DNA of 64,000 nt from an uncultured Clostridia bacterium (lineage in GTDB: Bacteria > Bacillota > Clostridia > Oscillospirales > Ruminococcaceae). The position numbers were made by a program, and so were the translations under genes. The notes below the pieces were generated by a model. That model saw nothing but the letters and a program-made list of their open reading frames with translations, did no database searches and was not told the DNA's origin. Shown here one piece after another: positions 38,675-47,792 of the stretch (position 1 is its first letter; each line of letters opens with the position of its first letter). The DNA lies in contig CANPWL010000005.1 in assembly GCA_947584375.1 (NCBI GenBank), forward strand, positions 19,877 through 83,876, read 5' to 3'.

Positions 38675-40744
38675 ATGTTAGAAATACTTGCCCCCTGTGG
38701 CGGCTATGAAGCGCTTATAGCAGCTGTCCGTGCAGGTGCCGATGCAGTTTATGTCGGTTCTAAAGCTTTCTCTGCAAGACAAAACGCTAAAAATTTTAAC
38801 AGGGACGAGCTTAAAGCCGCCGTGTCGGAATGTCACAAGCACGGAGTTAAAATTTATCAGGCAATAAACACGATAATTTTGGATTATCAGCTAAGTGAAC
38901 TTTTAAATGAACTGGAGTTTGCTTGTAAGGTCGGAATAGACGCACTTATCACTCAGGATTTATGCCTCACTGAACTTATTAAAAAAGTTTGTCCGGAAAT
39001 GCCTGTTCACGCATCAACACAAATGACTATTCATACTAAAAACGGCGTTATATTTGCAAGTGAGCTTGGATTTTGCAGAACCGTTGTATCAAGGGAAGTT
39101 TCAAAAGAAGTTTTGTCTGAGCTTTGTAAACTCGATACAGAAATAGAAGCCTTTATTCACGGCGCTCTGTGTATGTCTGTATCGGGAGAATGCTATCTCA
39201 GCGCAATGATAGGCTCACGAAGTGCCAACAGAGGACTCTGTGCAGGAGCATGCAGGCTTCCGTTTTCCGCTGATAAAAACAAAAACAACTATGCATTATC
39301 TCTCAAGGATATGTCATATATCAGTCATATTAAAGAACTAAAAGATATGGGTGTTTCGTCAGTTAAAATTGAAGGAAGAATGAAACGTCCGGAATATACG
39401 GCTGCAACGGTATATGAGTGCAAAAAAGCTTTAGATGGTAAATCTTACGATATGGGGCTTTTGAGGTCGGTTTTTTCAAGAAGCGGATTTACCGATGGAT
39501 ATTATACAGGCAGAATTGGTAAAAATATGTTCGGAACAAGGCAAAAAGAGGACGTTATATCCGCAAACAGCGTTCTTCCTGATATCAAAAACTTGTATAA
39601 AGATGAATTAAAAAAATACAAAATAGATTTTGATATTACTATTGAACTTAATAAACCGATAACACTTACCGCAAAAGCAAACCAATGTAAGGTCAAGGTA
39701 ACAGAAAAAGCTCCCCAGCCGGCAATAAACCGTGCAGCTGACGCTGAATATGTTGCAAGGCAGCTTTCAAAACTTGGAGGAAGCCAATATGAACTAGGCA
39801 GTTTAAATTCAATTATAGGAAACGGTGTTATGGTCCCGGTATCGCTGCTTAACAAGCTTAGAAGAGATGCTGTTTCAGCGCTGGACGAAGCCATAATTAA
39901 AAAGAACACAAAAATAAAGTCTTTTGATAAAGAAAAAGCGGCTGAAGTGATTTCTGATTTGAAATTATCATCTGTTGGTTTTGTTGCTATTCCTGAACTT
40001 AGAATTTCCTTAAGCAAAATAGACCTTATTAAAAACATTGATCTGTCGGATATATCGCTTGTTACAATACCTATATCTGAAATAATAGATGCTGATTACG
40101 AATTTGATAAAAAGCTTAAAGAAAAAATATGCATTTCCCTGCCTAGATATATGCATAATGAGAAGAAAGTAACAGATGAAATTCAATGTCTAAAAGATAA
40201 AGGCTTTTATAAATTTGAGGCAACTAATTTGGCTCATTTAAAAACTCTGAATGACTTAAATCTTGAAATTCATACAGGATTCGGATTGAATATAACAAAT
40301 TCTTTGGCTTTAACCACATTGACTGAATATAATGTAAAAGATGCCATTGTTTCATTTGAATTGAAAGCAAGCGAAATAAATCGTCTTAAAAGCCCTATGA
40401 ATATGGGTATAATATCTTACGGCAGACTTCCGCTTATGCTGTGCGTAAACTGTCCTATAAAATCCGAGGTCGGCTGTAAAGGCTGTAAATCTTATTTATA
40501 TGACCGTACAGGTCGAAGATTTAAAGTTCGCTGCAATAAAAGATACGGCTATTACGAACTGTTAAATTCAGATATTCTATATCTTGCAGATAAGCTGAAT
40601 GAGTTTAAAAATGTATCGTTTCACACGCTTTACTTTAATGATGAAACAAGCGACGAGATAAACAATATTATTAAAGCATATAAAAATAACTCGTCATACA
40701 GTTCGGAATTTACAAGAGGTCTTTATTTTAGAGGAATAATTTAA
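38675..40744 (+). CDS. Peptidase U32 family protein (long form)
   Basis: N-terminal MLEILAPCGG, HASTQMTIHT, IEGRMKRPEY. About 690 aa with a C-terminal extension. Start set to ATG 38675 (SD GGTGA). Confidence 0.85.
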   Translation: MLEILAPCGGYEALIAAVRAGADAVYVGSKAFSARQNAKNFNRDELKAAVSECHKHGVKIYQAINTIILDYQLSELLNELEFACKVGIDALITQDLCLTELIKKVCPEMPVHASTQMTIHTKNGVIFASELGFCRTVVSREVSKEVLSELCKLDTEIEAFIHGALCMSVSGECYLSAMIGSRSANRGLCAGACRLPFSADKNKNNYALSLKDMSYISHIKELKDMGVSSVKIEGRMKRPEYTAATVYECKKALDGKSYDMGLLRSVFSRSGFTDGYYTGRIGKNMFGTRQKEDVISANSVLPDIKNLYKDELKKYKIDFDITIELNKPITLTAKANQCKVKVTEKAPQPAINRAADAEYVARQLSKLGGSQYELGSLNSIIGNGVMVPVSLLNKLRRDAVSALDEAIIKKNTKIKSFDKEKAAEVISDLKLSSVGFVAIPELRISLSKIDLIKNIDLSDISLVTIPISEIIDADYEFDKKLKEKICISLPRYMHNEKKVTDEIQCLKDKGFYKFEATNLAHLKTLNDLNLEIHTGFGLNITNSLALTTLTEYNVKDAIVSFELKASEINRLKSPMNMGIISYGRLPLMLCVNCPIKSEVGCKGCKSYLYDRTGRRFKVRCNKRYGYYELLNSDILYLADKLNEFKNVSFHTLYFNDETSDEINNIIKAYKNNSSYSSEFTRGLYFRGII

Positions 40745-42108
40745 CTTTTGCTGTTTTTGTTAAAATATCTGTTTGTTTCATTTATTACCTCTTTTGACAG
40801 CACAAGTAAGGCAGTCAGATTAGGTATCGCCATTAGTCCGTTAAAAGTATCCGAGATTTCCCATACAAATTCAAGGCTTAAAACTGCTCCCAAATAAACG
40901 AATATGCAGAATATAATTTTATAAACTCTGTTTTTTGCTCTTGGAAACAGATAGTAAAAGGCATTTTCGCCGATAAAGGACCAGCCTATCAATGTGGCTA
41001 ATGCAAACAATACAATGGATATAGAAACAAAATATCCTCCAAAACTGCCAAAACCGCTTTCAAAAGCCTTTACAACTATTTCTGCACCTTCATCTTCAAG
41101 TAAGGGAGTGCCGCTTACAAGAATTACAAGAGCTGTTATTGTACAAACTACCATGGTATCAATAAACACTTCAAATATACCCCAGAACCCTTGTTCAACA
41201 GGTTCTTTGATATTTGAGGAGGAATGAACACTTACGGTTGAGCCAAGACCTGCTTCATTTGAAAACACTCCTCGGCGTATTCCGATAGAAACTGCTCTTT
41301 TTATTCCTACGCCGGCTATACCTCCGGCTGCGGATCTAAAGCAAAATGCATTTTTAAAAATTGATAAAAGCTCAGGCAGCAGTCTTTGACGATTAATAAA
41401 TAATATTATAACTGCACCTGCTAAAAAGAAAACCGTCATAAAGGGAACTATAAGCTCACATACGCTTTGCGTACGTTTTGCTCCCCCGAGCATAACTATT
41501 GTAATAAGAACAAATAACGCTATACCGCAATAAACTTTGGGTATGTTAAAACTTTGAGAAAGCGATGCGGAAATTGAATTGCTCTGTGCCATATTCCCCA
41601 TACCAAACGATGCAAGCACACAAAACAGTGCAAATAATTTTGCAAGCCATCTTGCTTTCATACCTTTTTCTATGTATGAATATGCACCGCCGGTTATATT
41701 GCAGTTTTTATCCCTTGTGCGGTACAGGATTCCGAGAACATTTTCTGCATAAGCTGTTCCCATTCCCAGAAAAGCAGACACCCACATCCAGAAAATCGAA
41801 CCGCTTCCTCCGATCGTCAGTGCGGTTGCGACGCCGACAATACTGCCTGTGCCTATTGTTGCAGCCAAAGCCGTAGAAAAGCTTCCCAGCTGAGAAAGAC
41901 TATGTTTTCCGGAGGATGTTCTAGTTTGTTTTTTAAAAAGCGACAGTAAAGTTTTATTTACGATTAATTTTGCTTTACTAAACTGAATACCCTTTAACCT
42001 CAGCGTAAAATAAATGCCCGCAAATAAAAACACGCTAAGCGTAAAGGGTCCCCAGACAAAAGAATTTATTTTCCCGCTAATATCATTAATCAGATTCATA
42101 CTGCTCAC
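40741..42108 (-). CDS. Alanine/glycine:cation symporter (AGCS family)
   Basis: 455-aa polytopic protein. GGSGSIFWMWVSAFLGM motif. Confidence 0.85.
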   Translation of the reverse strand: MSSMNLINDISGKINSFVWGPFTLSVFLFAGIYFTLRLKGIQFSKAKLIVNKTLLSLFKKQTRTSSGKHSLSQLGSFSTALAATIGTGSIVGVATALTIGGSGSIFWMWVSAFLGMGTAYAENVLGILYRTRDKNCNITGGAYSYIEKGMKARWLAKLFALFCVLASFGMGNMAQSNSISASLSQSFNIPKVYCGIALFVLITIVMLGGAKRTQSVCELIVPFMTVFFLAGAVIILFINRQRLLPELLSIFKNAFCFRSAAGGIAGVGIKRAVSIGIRRGVFSNEAGLGSTVSVHSSSNIKEPVEQGFWGIFEVFIDTMVVCTITALVILVSGTPLLEDEGAEIVVKAFESGFGSFGGYFVSISIVLFALATLIGWSFIGENAFYYLFPRAKNRVYKIIFCIFVYLGAVLSLEFVWEISDTFNGLMAIPNLTALLVLSKEVINETNRYFNKNSKS

Positions 42109-42171
42109 TCCTGATTTTTAGAACTGATTATTAAACAACTGATTTTTCTTGTTCGACGAGCAAATATCAAT

Positions 42172-42669
42172 ATGATTAAAAATATAACAATAGGAGGAAT
42201 GCTCTCTAAAGAGCATAATCATACTATGAAAAGATATGTTCCCGCCAAATCGGCTTTAATTTCAATTAGGTTTATTATGTTAATTTTGGCAGCAGCCATT
42301 ACAGTAATCAGCTATATATTCTTAAACAACTATACTATTATTATGTGGATTATAATCTTCGTATGCTGGGGAACTGCTATTTTATACGGATTTATATTCA
42401 TTCCTATTTACTTCAGAAACACGGTCTATAATATTTCTGAAACAGATATCAGAAAAAAGACAGGTATGCTGTTTTTTTCAAAGCAGTTTATGAAGATGCG
42501 GTCAATACAATATATTTCAACAATAATCACTCCCTTCTCAAAACTGACAGGATTAAACTTTATTATTGTAAACGCATGGGGAGGGCGAATGGTTTTTTGT
42601 TTTCTAAACAGGGAAGAAACACTTGAAATTTCTTCTCATCTTGACGAGTTTATAAAGAATAATGTGTAA
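42172..42669 (+). CDS. YdbS-like membrane protein with a bacterial PH (bPH2) domain
   Basis: 165 aa. Two TM helices followed by a PH-like domain. Paired with a YdbT-like gene. The start codon is uncertain (several in-frame Met). Confidence 0.6.
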   Translation: MIKNITIGGMLSKEHNHTMKRYVPAKSALISIRFIMLILAAAITVISYIFLNNYTIIMWIIIFVCWGTAILYGFIFIPIYFRNTVYNISETDIRKKTGMLFFSKQFMKMRSIQYISTIITPFSKLTGLNFIIVNAWGGRMVFCFLNREETLEISSHLDEFIKNNV

Positions 42670-42707
42670 AAACAATTATAATAATAAAACAGAAAGGCGG
42701 GATAATA

Positions 42708-44183
42708 ATGCTTGAAAATCATATTTTTTCGTATATTTTCAAATCCAGACAGCATCCGATAAAGATTTTCACATATACAACAAGCGGATTTTGGCTCTTG
42801 CTTATCCCGCTGGCAAGAAAGCTTTACAGATTAAGCTTTAATGTTGCAGAATGGTTCAAAGGCGACTGGCTTGACATTATTATTATCTCTATTATTTTCG
42901 GATTTGCTTTTTTAAGATGGTTCTTTATAACCTTTGCCATTGACAAGGACTCTATAAGAACAGGTACCGGATATTTCGGTCTTATAAAATCAAAGATCAA
43001 TTTCAATACAATTTGTTCCGTAACGTGCAGTCAAGGTCCCTTTTATCGTTTTTTCGGATGCTACAAAGTATGCATTGACACCAATGCTAATTTTATAAGA
43101 AGAGGTCATGATATAACACTGACTCTAAAAAAATCCGATTTTCAAAATCTTACTAATATTTTAAAAGAAAAAAACATTGGAAAGGTCAAATACAGTTATA
43201 CCCCGAAGAAAGTTCATCTGATAATTTTTTCACTGCTTTTCTCATCAACTCTTTCAGGGGTTATACTTCTGTCGACTTTAATGATTCAGGTTTCCAGAAT
43301 TATAGGCAGGCAGCTTGAGCAGAAATACCTGATAATAGTAAACCAAAGAATACAAAACTTTCTTACTATAAATCTCCCACCTATTGCCATTGCGGCAGCG
43401 TCAATCATCGTTATCGGCTGGCTTTATTCTCTCGCAGTAAACCTATTAAGACACTGGAATTTTACAACGGTAAGACAGGGTGACAGTATTATAATTAAGT
43501 CAGGATTCATCACAAACCGGGAAAGCGTTATTATGCGTGATAAGATATATTCTGTTGATGTACGTCAGAACTTCTTTATGAGAATGTTTCAAATATGCTC
43601 GGTCAACATAGACTGTGCCGGATACGGAAAGGGAATGCGTCAAATAGCTGTTTTGCTTCCTGTAACTACAAACAGAGAGGTAAACAATTCTCTGAAAATT
43701 CTTATGCCGGAGCATATTAATCCTTATAATAAACTGAAAAGCAGATTCAGGGACTTTGCAGGCTTTACAACGCCTCCGTTTTTGCTGTGTTTAAGTATTC
43801 CTGTATTAGCTTATATTATGTGGCGGATATTTCCTGACTGGCTGGTTATCATAAGATTCGTTGCATTTATAGTAGAAATTCCGGCATTTTGGCTGTTTGT
43901 TGTAAAATTTGCATCTGTTTTTACGACAGGAGTCGGCTTTGAGGAAGGATATGCGGTTTTGAATTATTGTAAGCTTTATCAATTTCATAAAGTTACTATT
44001 CCCGCTGATCAAATTACAAAAGTTGACTACTATCAGACAATACTTCAAAAATGGAGCAATAATTGCAGTTTGAGAATATACACCTACTCGGAGAATATAA
44101 AATGTCATAAAATTAAAAACTTTCCTTTAAAGCAAGCTAAAACACTATTGGAAAAACAGGGTTACCATATGGAAATCAAGTAG
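42708..44183 (+). CDS. YdbT-like membrane protein with repeated bPH2 domains
   Basis: 491 aa, alternating TM hairpins and PH-like modules. Same size and arrangement as B. subtilis YdbT. Confidence 0.6.
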   Translation: MLENHIFSYIFKSRQHPIKIFTYTTSGFWLLLIPLARKLYRLSFNVAEWFKGDWLDIIIISIIFGFAFLRWFFITFAIDKDSIRTGTGYFGLIKSKINFNTICSVTCSQGPFYRFFGCYKVCIDTNANFIRRGHDITLTLKKSDFQNLTNILKEKNIGKVKYSYTPKKVHLIIFSLLFSSTLSGVILLSTLMIQVSRIIGRQLEQKYLIIVNQRIQNFLTINLPPIAIAAASIIVIGWLYSLAVNLLRHWNFTTVRQGDSIIIKSGFITNRESVIMRDKIYSVDVRQNFFMRMFQICSVNIDCAGYGKGMRQIAVLLPVTTNREVNNSLKILMPEHINPYNKLKSRFRDFAGFTTPPFLLCLSIPVLAYIMWRIFPDWLVIIRFVAFIVEIPAFWLFVVKFASVFTTGVGFEEGYAVLNYCKLYQFHKVTIPADQITKVDYYQTILQKWSNNCSLRIYTYSENIKCHKIKNFPLKQAKTLLEKQGYHMEIK

Positions 44184-44220
44184 AATAATAATTATTATTT
44201 AAGAAATTTGCATAAAAGTC

Positions 44221-44249
44221 TTGACAAGCTAATTACCATACTGTATAAT
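44221..44249 (+). promoter_or_regulatory. Consensus sigma-A promoter of the tRNA pair
   Basis: TTGACA (44221-44226), 17 nt, TATAAT (44244-44249). Confidence 0.8.
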
Positions 44250-44272
44250 AAGTTAGTCGCTATTTAGCATCA

Positions 44273-44349
44273 GGCTGTATAGCTCAGTTGGCTAGAGCAT
44301 TCGGTTCATACCCGGAGTGTCACTGGTTCAAATCCAGTTACAGCCACCA
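44273..44349 (+). tRNA. tRNA-Met (CAT), elongator type
   Basis: Cloverleaf: acceptor GGCTGTA/TACAGCC, anticodon loop TTCATAC, T-arm ACTGG-TTCAAAT-CCAGT, encoded CCA. Confidence 0.9.
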
Positions 44350-44352
44350 TAC

Positions 44353-44427
44353 GGCCCGTTGGTCAAGAGGTTAAGACGCCGCCCTTTCACGGCGGAATCA
44401 TGGGTTCAATTCCCGTACGGGTCACCA
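44353..44427 (+). tRNA. tRNA-Glu (TTC)
   Basis: Acceptor GGCCCGT/ACGGGTC, anticodon stem CCGCC/GGCGG with loop CTTTCAC, T-loop TTCAATT, encoded CCA. Near-identical in layout to Bacillus tRNA-Glu. Confidence 0.9.
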
Positions 44428-44493
44428 AAAAGCAGATCGGACATTTATGTTCGGACTGCTTTTTTAGTGGTACAGCAGAAGTTAATATAAAGC

Positions 44494-44529
44494 AAAAAGC
44501 AGAGAACGATCAACGCTCTCTGCTTTTTG
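44494..44529. terminator. Bidirectional terminator between the tRNA pair and the rubredoxin gene
   Basis: Stem GCAGAGAACG (44499-44508) / CGCTCTCTGC (44514-44523), 9 of 10 paired, flanked by AAAAA and TTTTT. Confidence 0.7.
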
Positions 44530-44544
44530 TTAATGTATGTTTTC

Positions 44545-44703
44545 TTATTCTTCTGCAAACTGATCCTTGCCTACATGACAAAGCGGACACTCAAAATCGT
44601 CGGGAAGGTCTTCCCACTTTGTTCCCGGTGCAATTCCTGCATCAGGATCGCCCTTTTCCTCGTCATAAACATACCCGCATACTTGGCAAACATATTTCTT
44701 CAT
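44545..44703 (-). CDS. Rubredoxin
   Basis: 52 aa from ATG 44703 (SD AAAGGAGGA). CQVCGY...CPLC iron-binding motifs. Confidence 0.92.
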   Translation of the reverse strand: MKKYVCQVCGYVYDEEKGDPDAGIAPGTKWEDLPDDFECPLCHVGKDQFAEE

Positions 44704-44885
44704 AAAAAGTCCTCCTTTGTAAAATTTATAGATAATATTTAAAACATTCCAGGACATACCTATTTCAAAAAGCATTGTTAAATAAGTTAGTCTGTTGTTT
44801 TAAAAACAATCTGTAAACTTATTATACAATAATTATTAGATAAATACAACAAAAATAACATAAATCAATTGAAATATAGGTATAT

Positions 44886-44923
44886 AAAAAAGAGCGCTCA
44901 GACATAAATAAGTCCGAGCGTTC
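44886..44923 (-). terminator. Intrinsic terminator of the second RR/HK operon
   Basis: 12-bp stem (one wobble, one mismatch) 44892-44903 / 44912-44923, with a T-run on the minus strand. Confidence 0.6.
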
Positions 44924-44930
44924 TATTACT

Positions 44931-46382
44931 CTATTGTGGTATAAATATTCCGAATAAAACTCCATCGTTCCTATTCTCTACCCAGACCTTGCCATTGTGA
45001 ATTTCAGCAATCTTTTTTACAATAGCAAGCCCCACACCGTAATTCGCTGTTCCGTTCTGAGTGCGGGATTTATCGACCTTATAGAACGCATCCCACAAAT
45101 GTTCAAGCTCAGATTCATCTATTTTATCTCCGGTATTGAACACGGTAATTTTAAGTCCGTTATCCTCCCATAAATAATTAAGCTTAACTGTGCCTCCCTT
45201 TTTAGCATATCTTATTGCATTATCTACATAGTTTGACACCGCCTGCTGCATAAGCGTGTAATTCGCATAAATATCTTTATCAATATACTCATCTGTTACA
45301 AAGTTAATATTCTTTTCTAACAGTTTTATTTCAAAGCTTTCTTTAATTATACTGTTAAAATCAGAAATGAGAAACGTGTCTTTTTCAACATCGCCCTTCA
45401 TATTATCCATTTTAGACAAGTTTAACATAGACTTAACCAGATTATTCATTTCATCACATTGACTTACTATTACATCACAGTATTTTTCAGACTTTTGTCT
45501 GTCGCTTGCTATGCCGTACTTTAATCCTTCCGCATAGCCTTTAATTGCTGCAATAGGGGTTTTAAGCTCATGCGACATATCTCGTATCAGCTGTTCCCTG
45601 CTGATAACGCTCTCCTTTAAACTATTGATGCTTTCGTTCAACTTGTCGGATATTATATTGATAGAATTTGCAAGCTCACCGATTTCGCCTCTTTCCTTTA
45701 CCTGAACTTTTTGTGTAAAGTCGAGATTTGCAATACTTTTTGCAGCAGAGTTGATTTTAATAACTGAATCTGACATTCTTCTTGCCAAGAAGAACACAAG
45801 GATAGTTCCTATAATAAACACACTGATACCTATAATAATTATCAACTTGTTTGATATGCGAACATTGTCCTGAATGCTTCTAAGCGAGCGCGATAAGATC
45901 AAATAGTAATTATCGTTGAGCTTTGACATAAGCACAACTCTGTGCAGTGCGTCGTCACGGTTTCTGAAAACTTCATAATGCTGTTTGTTGTCGTCAAGCT
46001 TATCAATATGACTGTGAAAAAATTTACTCCACATTTTAGGTAATTTGTTTTTAGCTTCATCACTTTCGATTAGGCGATTTTTGAATATGAGCTCATCAGA
46101 TGAGTTTACCACAAATATTTTTACATTTCTTCGCTCGTCCAAATTTTCCAAATAGTCGTCGAAATCACTCAAATCGCTTTTTTCAAACTCGGGAAATTCT
46201 TCTTTTAAGCTGCTGCAAATTTCGCTCATTTGTTTTTTACTTTCATAAATAAAAAATCTGCTTGCAAAAAAAACATCGACAACAACCAGTATAAAAATAA
46301 ACCCCACCATCAACAGACCGTAAAAAACAAACATTTTCTTTTTTATCGACATATTGATTATGCTCCTTTCAAAGCTTACCAT
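44931..46382 (-). CDS. Sensor histidine kinase with HAMP linker
   Basis: Two TM helices. H-box SHELKTPIAAI, N-box VDNAIRYA, G-box GVGLAIVKKI. An alternative start at 46352 has a better SD. Confidence 0.85.
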   Translation of the reverse strand: MVSFERSIINMSIKKKMFVFYGLLMVGFIFILVVVDVFFASRFFIYESKKQMSEICSSLKEEFPEFEKSDLSDFDDYLENLDERRNVKIFVVNSSDELIFKNRLIESDEAKNKLPKMWSKFFHSHIDKLDDNKQHYEVFRNRDDALHRVVLMSKLNDNYYLILSRSLRSIQDNVRISNKLIIIIGISVFIIGTILVFFLARRMSDSVIKINSAAKSIANLDFTQKVQVKERGEIGELANSINIISDKLNESINSLKESVISREQLIRDMSHELKTPIAAIKGYAEGLKYGIASDRQKSEKYCDVIVSQCDEMNNLVKSMLNLSKMDNMKGDVEKDTFLISDFNSIIKESFEIKLLEKNINFVTDEYIDKDIYANYTLMQQAVSNYVDNAIRYAKKGGTVKLNYLWEDNGLKITVFNTGDKIDESELEHLWDAFYKVDKSRTQNGTANYGVGLAIVKKIAEIHNGKVWVENRNDGVLFGIFIPQ

Positions 46383-46415
46383 AAAGATTCCATTCTTTAA
46401 TTGACTAATCTTTAT

Positions 46416-47081
46416 TTATTCTCCTTTACTAAAGCAATAACCCCTGCTTCTAACAGTCTGAATATAGTTGGCGCACACACCGAGCTTTGCTCTTAAAACC
46501 TTTATATGCGTATCTATTGTTCTTGAGGTATGGCTGTTATCGCTTCCCCAAACTGACAAAAATATCTTTTCTCTGCTTAAAACAACATTTTCATTTTCAA
46601 CAAGATATAACAGCAGCTTATACTCCAGATTTGTAAGCTGAATTTCCTTTCCCTTGACAAACACCTTACAATTAAGCTTGTTTATACTTAAATCCCCGCA
46701 GTTAAAAACAGAATTGTACTTCCTGAGTTGTTTTTTCAAAAGAACATTTACTCTGGCAACAAACACCTCATAACTGAACGGCTTGGTTATATAATCATCC
46801 GCTCCCATAGTAAGCCCTCTAAGTTCATTGCGTTCAGATTCCAGCGCAGTAATAATTATTATAGGAACATCAGAGAATTCCCTTATTTTTTTCAAAACAG
46901 TCCAGCCGTCATATTTAGGCATCATAACGTCTAGCACAATAAGATCGGCGCCTTCCCTTTTATAAAGTCTTAAAGCCTCTGCCCCGTCGTTGGCGACTAT
47001 GGTTTCATATCCCTGATTATTCAATATATCGCAAATAAGCTCACGCATTACTTTTTCATCGTCTGCTATTAATATCTTCAT
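46416..47081 (-). CDS. OmpR/PhoB-family response regulator
   Basis: MKILIADDEK..., LIVLDVMMPKYDG, C-terminal winged helix (TVRSRGYCF). Start set to ATG 47081 (SD AAGGGGA). Confidence 0.9.
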   Translation of the reverse strand: MKILIADDEKVMRELICDILNNQGYETIVANDGAEALRLYKREGADLIVLDVMMPKYDGWTVLKKIREFSDVPIIIITALESERNELRGLTMGADDYITKPFSYEVFVARVNVLLKKQLRKYNSVFNCGDLSINKLNCKVFVKGKEIQLTNLEYKLLLYLVENENVVLSREKIFLSVWGSDNSHTSRTIDTHIKVLRAKLGVCANYIQTVRSRGYCFSKGE

Positions 47082-47792
47082 TTGTATTCCCCTTAAATTC
47101 AAAACTCAATTTACACAATGTCAATTATAAATACTTTTACATACCCCTTGCAGAGTAAACCCCCATTTTCTTTATAAATATTTATAATATCCCATTTAAT
47201 TATACATTTTTCATATTATTTTCTGTGAAATATATGTGAAGTATTTATCAGTAAAAACGCAATATTTAATACCATACCTTTATTGTGTAAGGTCATTCCA
47301 AATTCGGTTGTTAAAAAATTTTTATTATATATTTCCTGAAAACTTAAAAATAAGCATTAAAAAGTTTTTTACACTTATTATTTCATTTCCATACAAAAAA
47401 ATTTATATTTTATTCTAAAATGCACAAAACAATACTATAAGCAAAGATAAAAAAATATTGAAAATAATAAAATAAAAGTTTTAAATATACAAATTTTGTT
47501 GTTGCATTTGTCTATACGCATTATAGATATTTGTTAAAAACACCAAAAATACTGGTATTCTATTGACAAAGCTCATTAATGATTATAATATAAAATTAAA
47601 GATAAAGCTGCTTTGACTTATTTACAATATTATTATAGAGTTTTGTTTTAAAACCATTTCTGCTTTGAATACCCCACATATGTATTTTCCTCAGAAAACA
47701 AGTGTGTATCATTAAAGCCGGACTGGTTGTTTTAATATATAAGAATACCGGATTAATTATTCATATAATTAGTATTATAAGGGATGATAAAA

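Noticed and set aside
44400-44742. + strand ORFs of 101 and 71 aa overlapping tRNA-Glu, the terminators and the rubredoxin gene
   Set aside because: One starts inside a tRNA gene, and both run antisense to a well-supported rubredoxin CDS. Neither has an SD.
47236-47418. 60-aa ORF in the AT-rich region upstream of ptsI, and 63-aa ORF 49452-49643 downstream of ptsI
   Set aside because: Neither has an SD, and both have AT-driven Lys/Ile/Phe/Tyr composition. The second spans the ptsI terminator.
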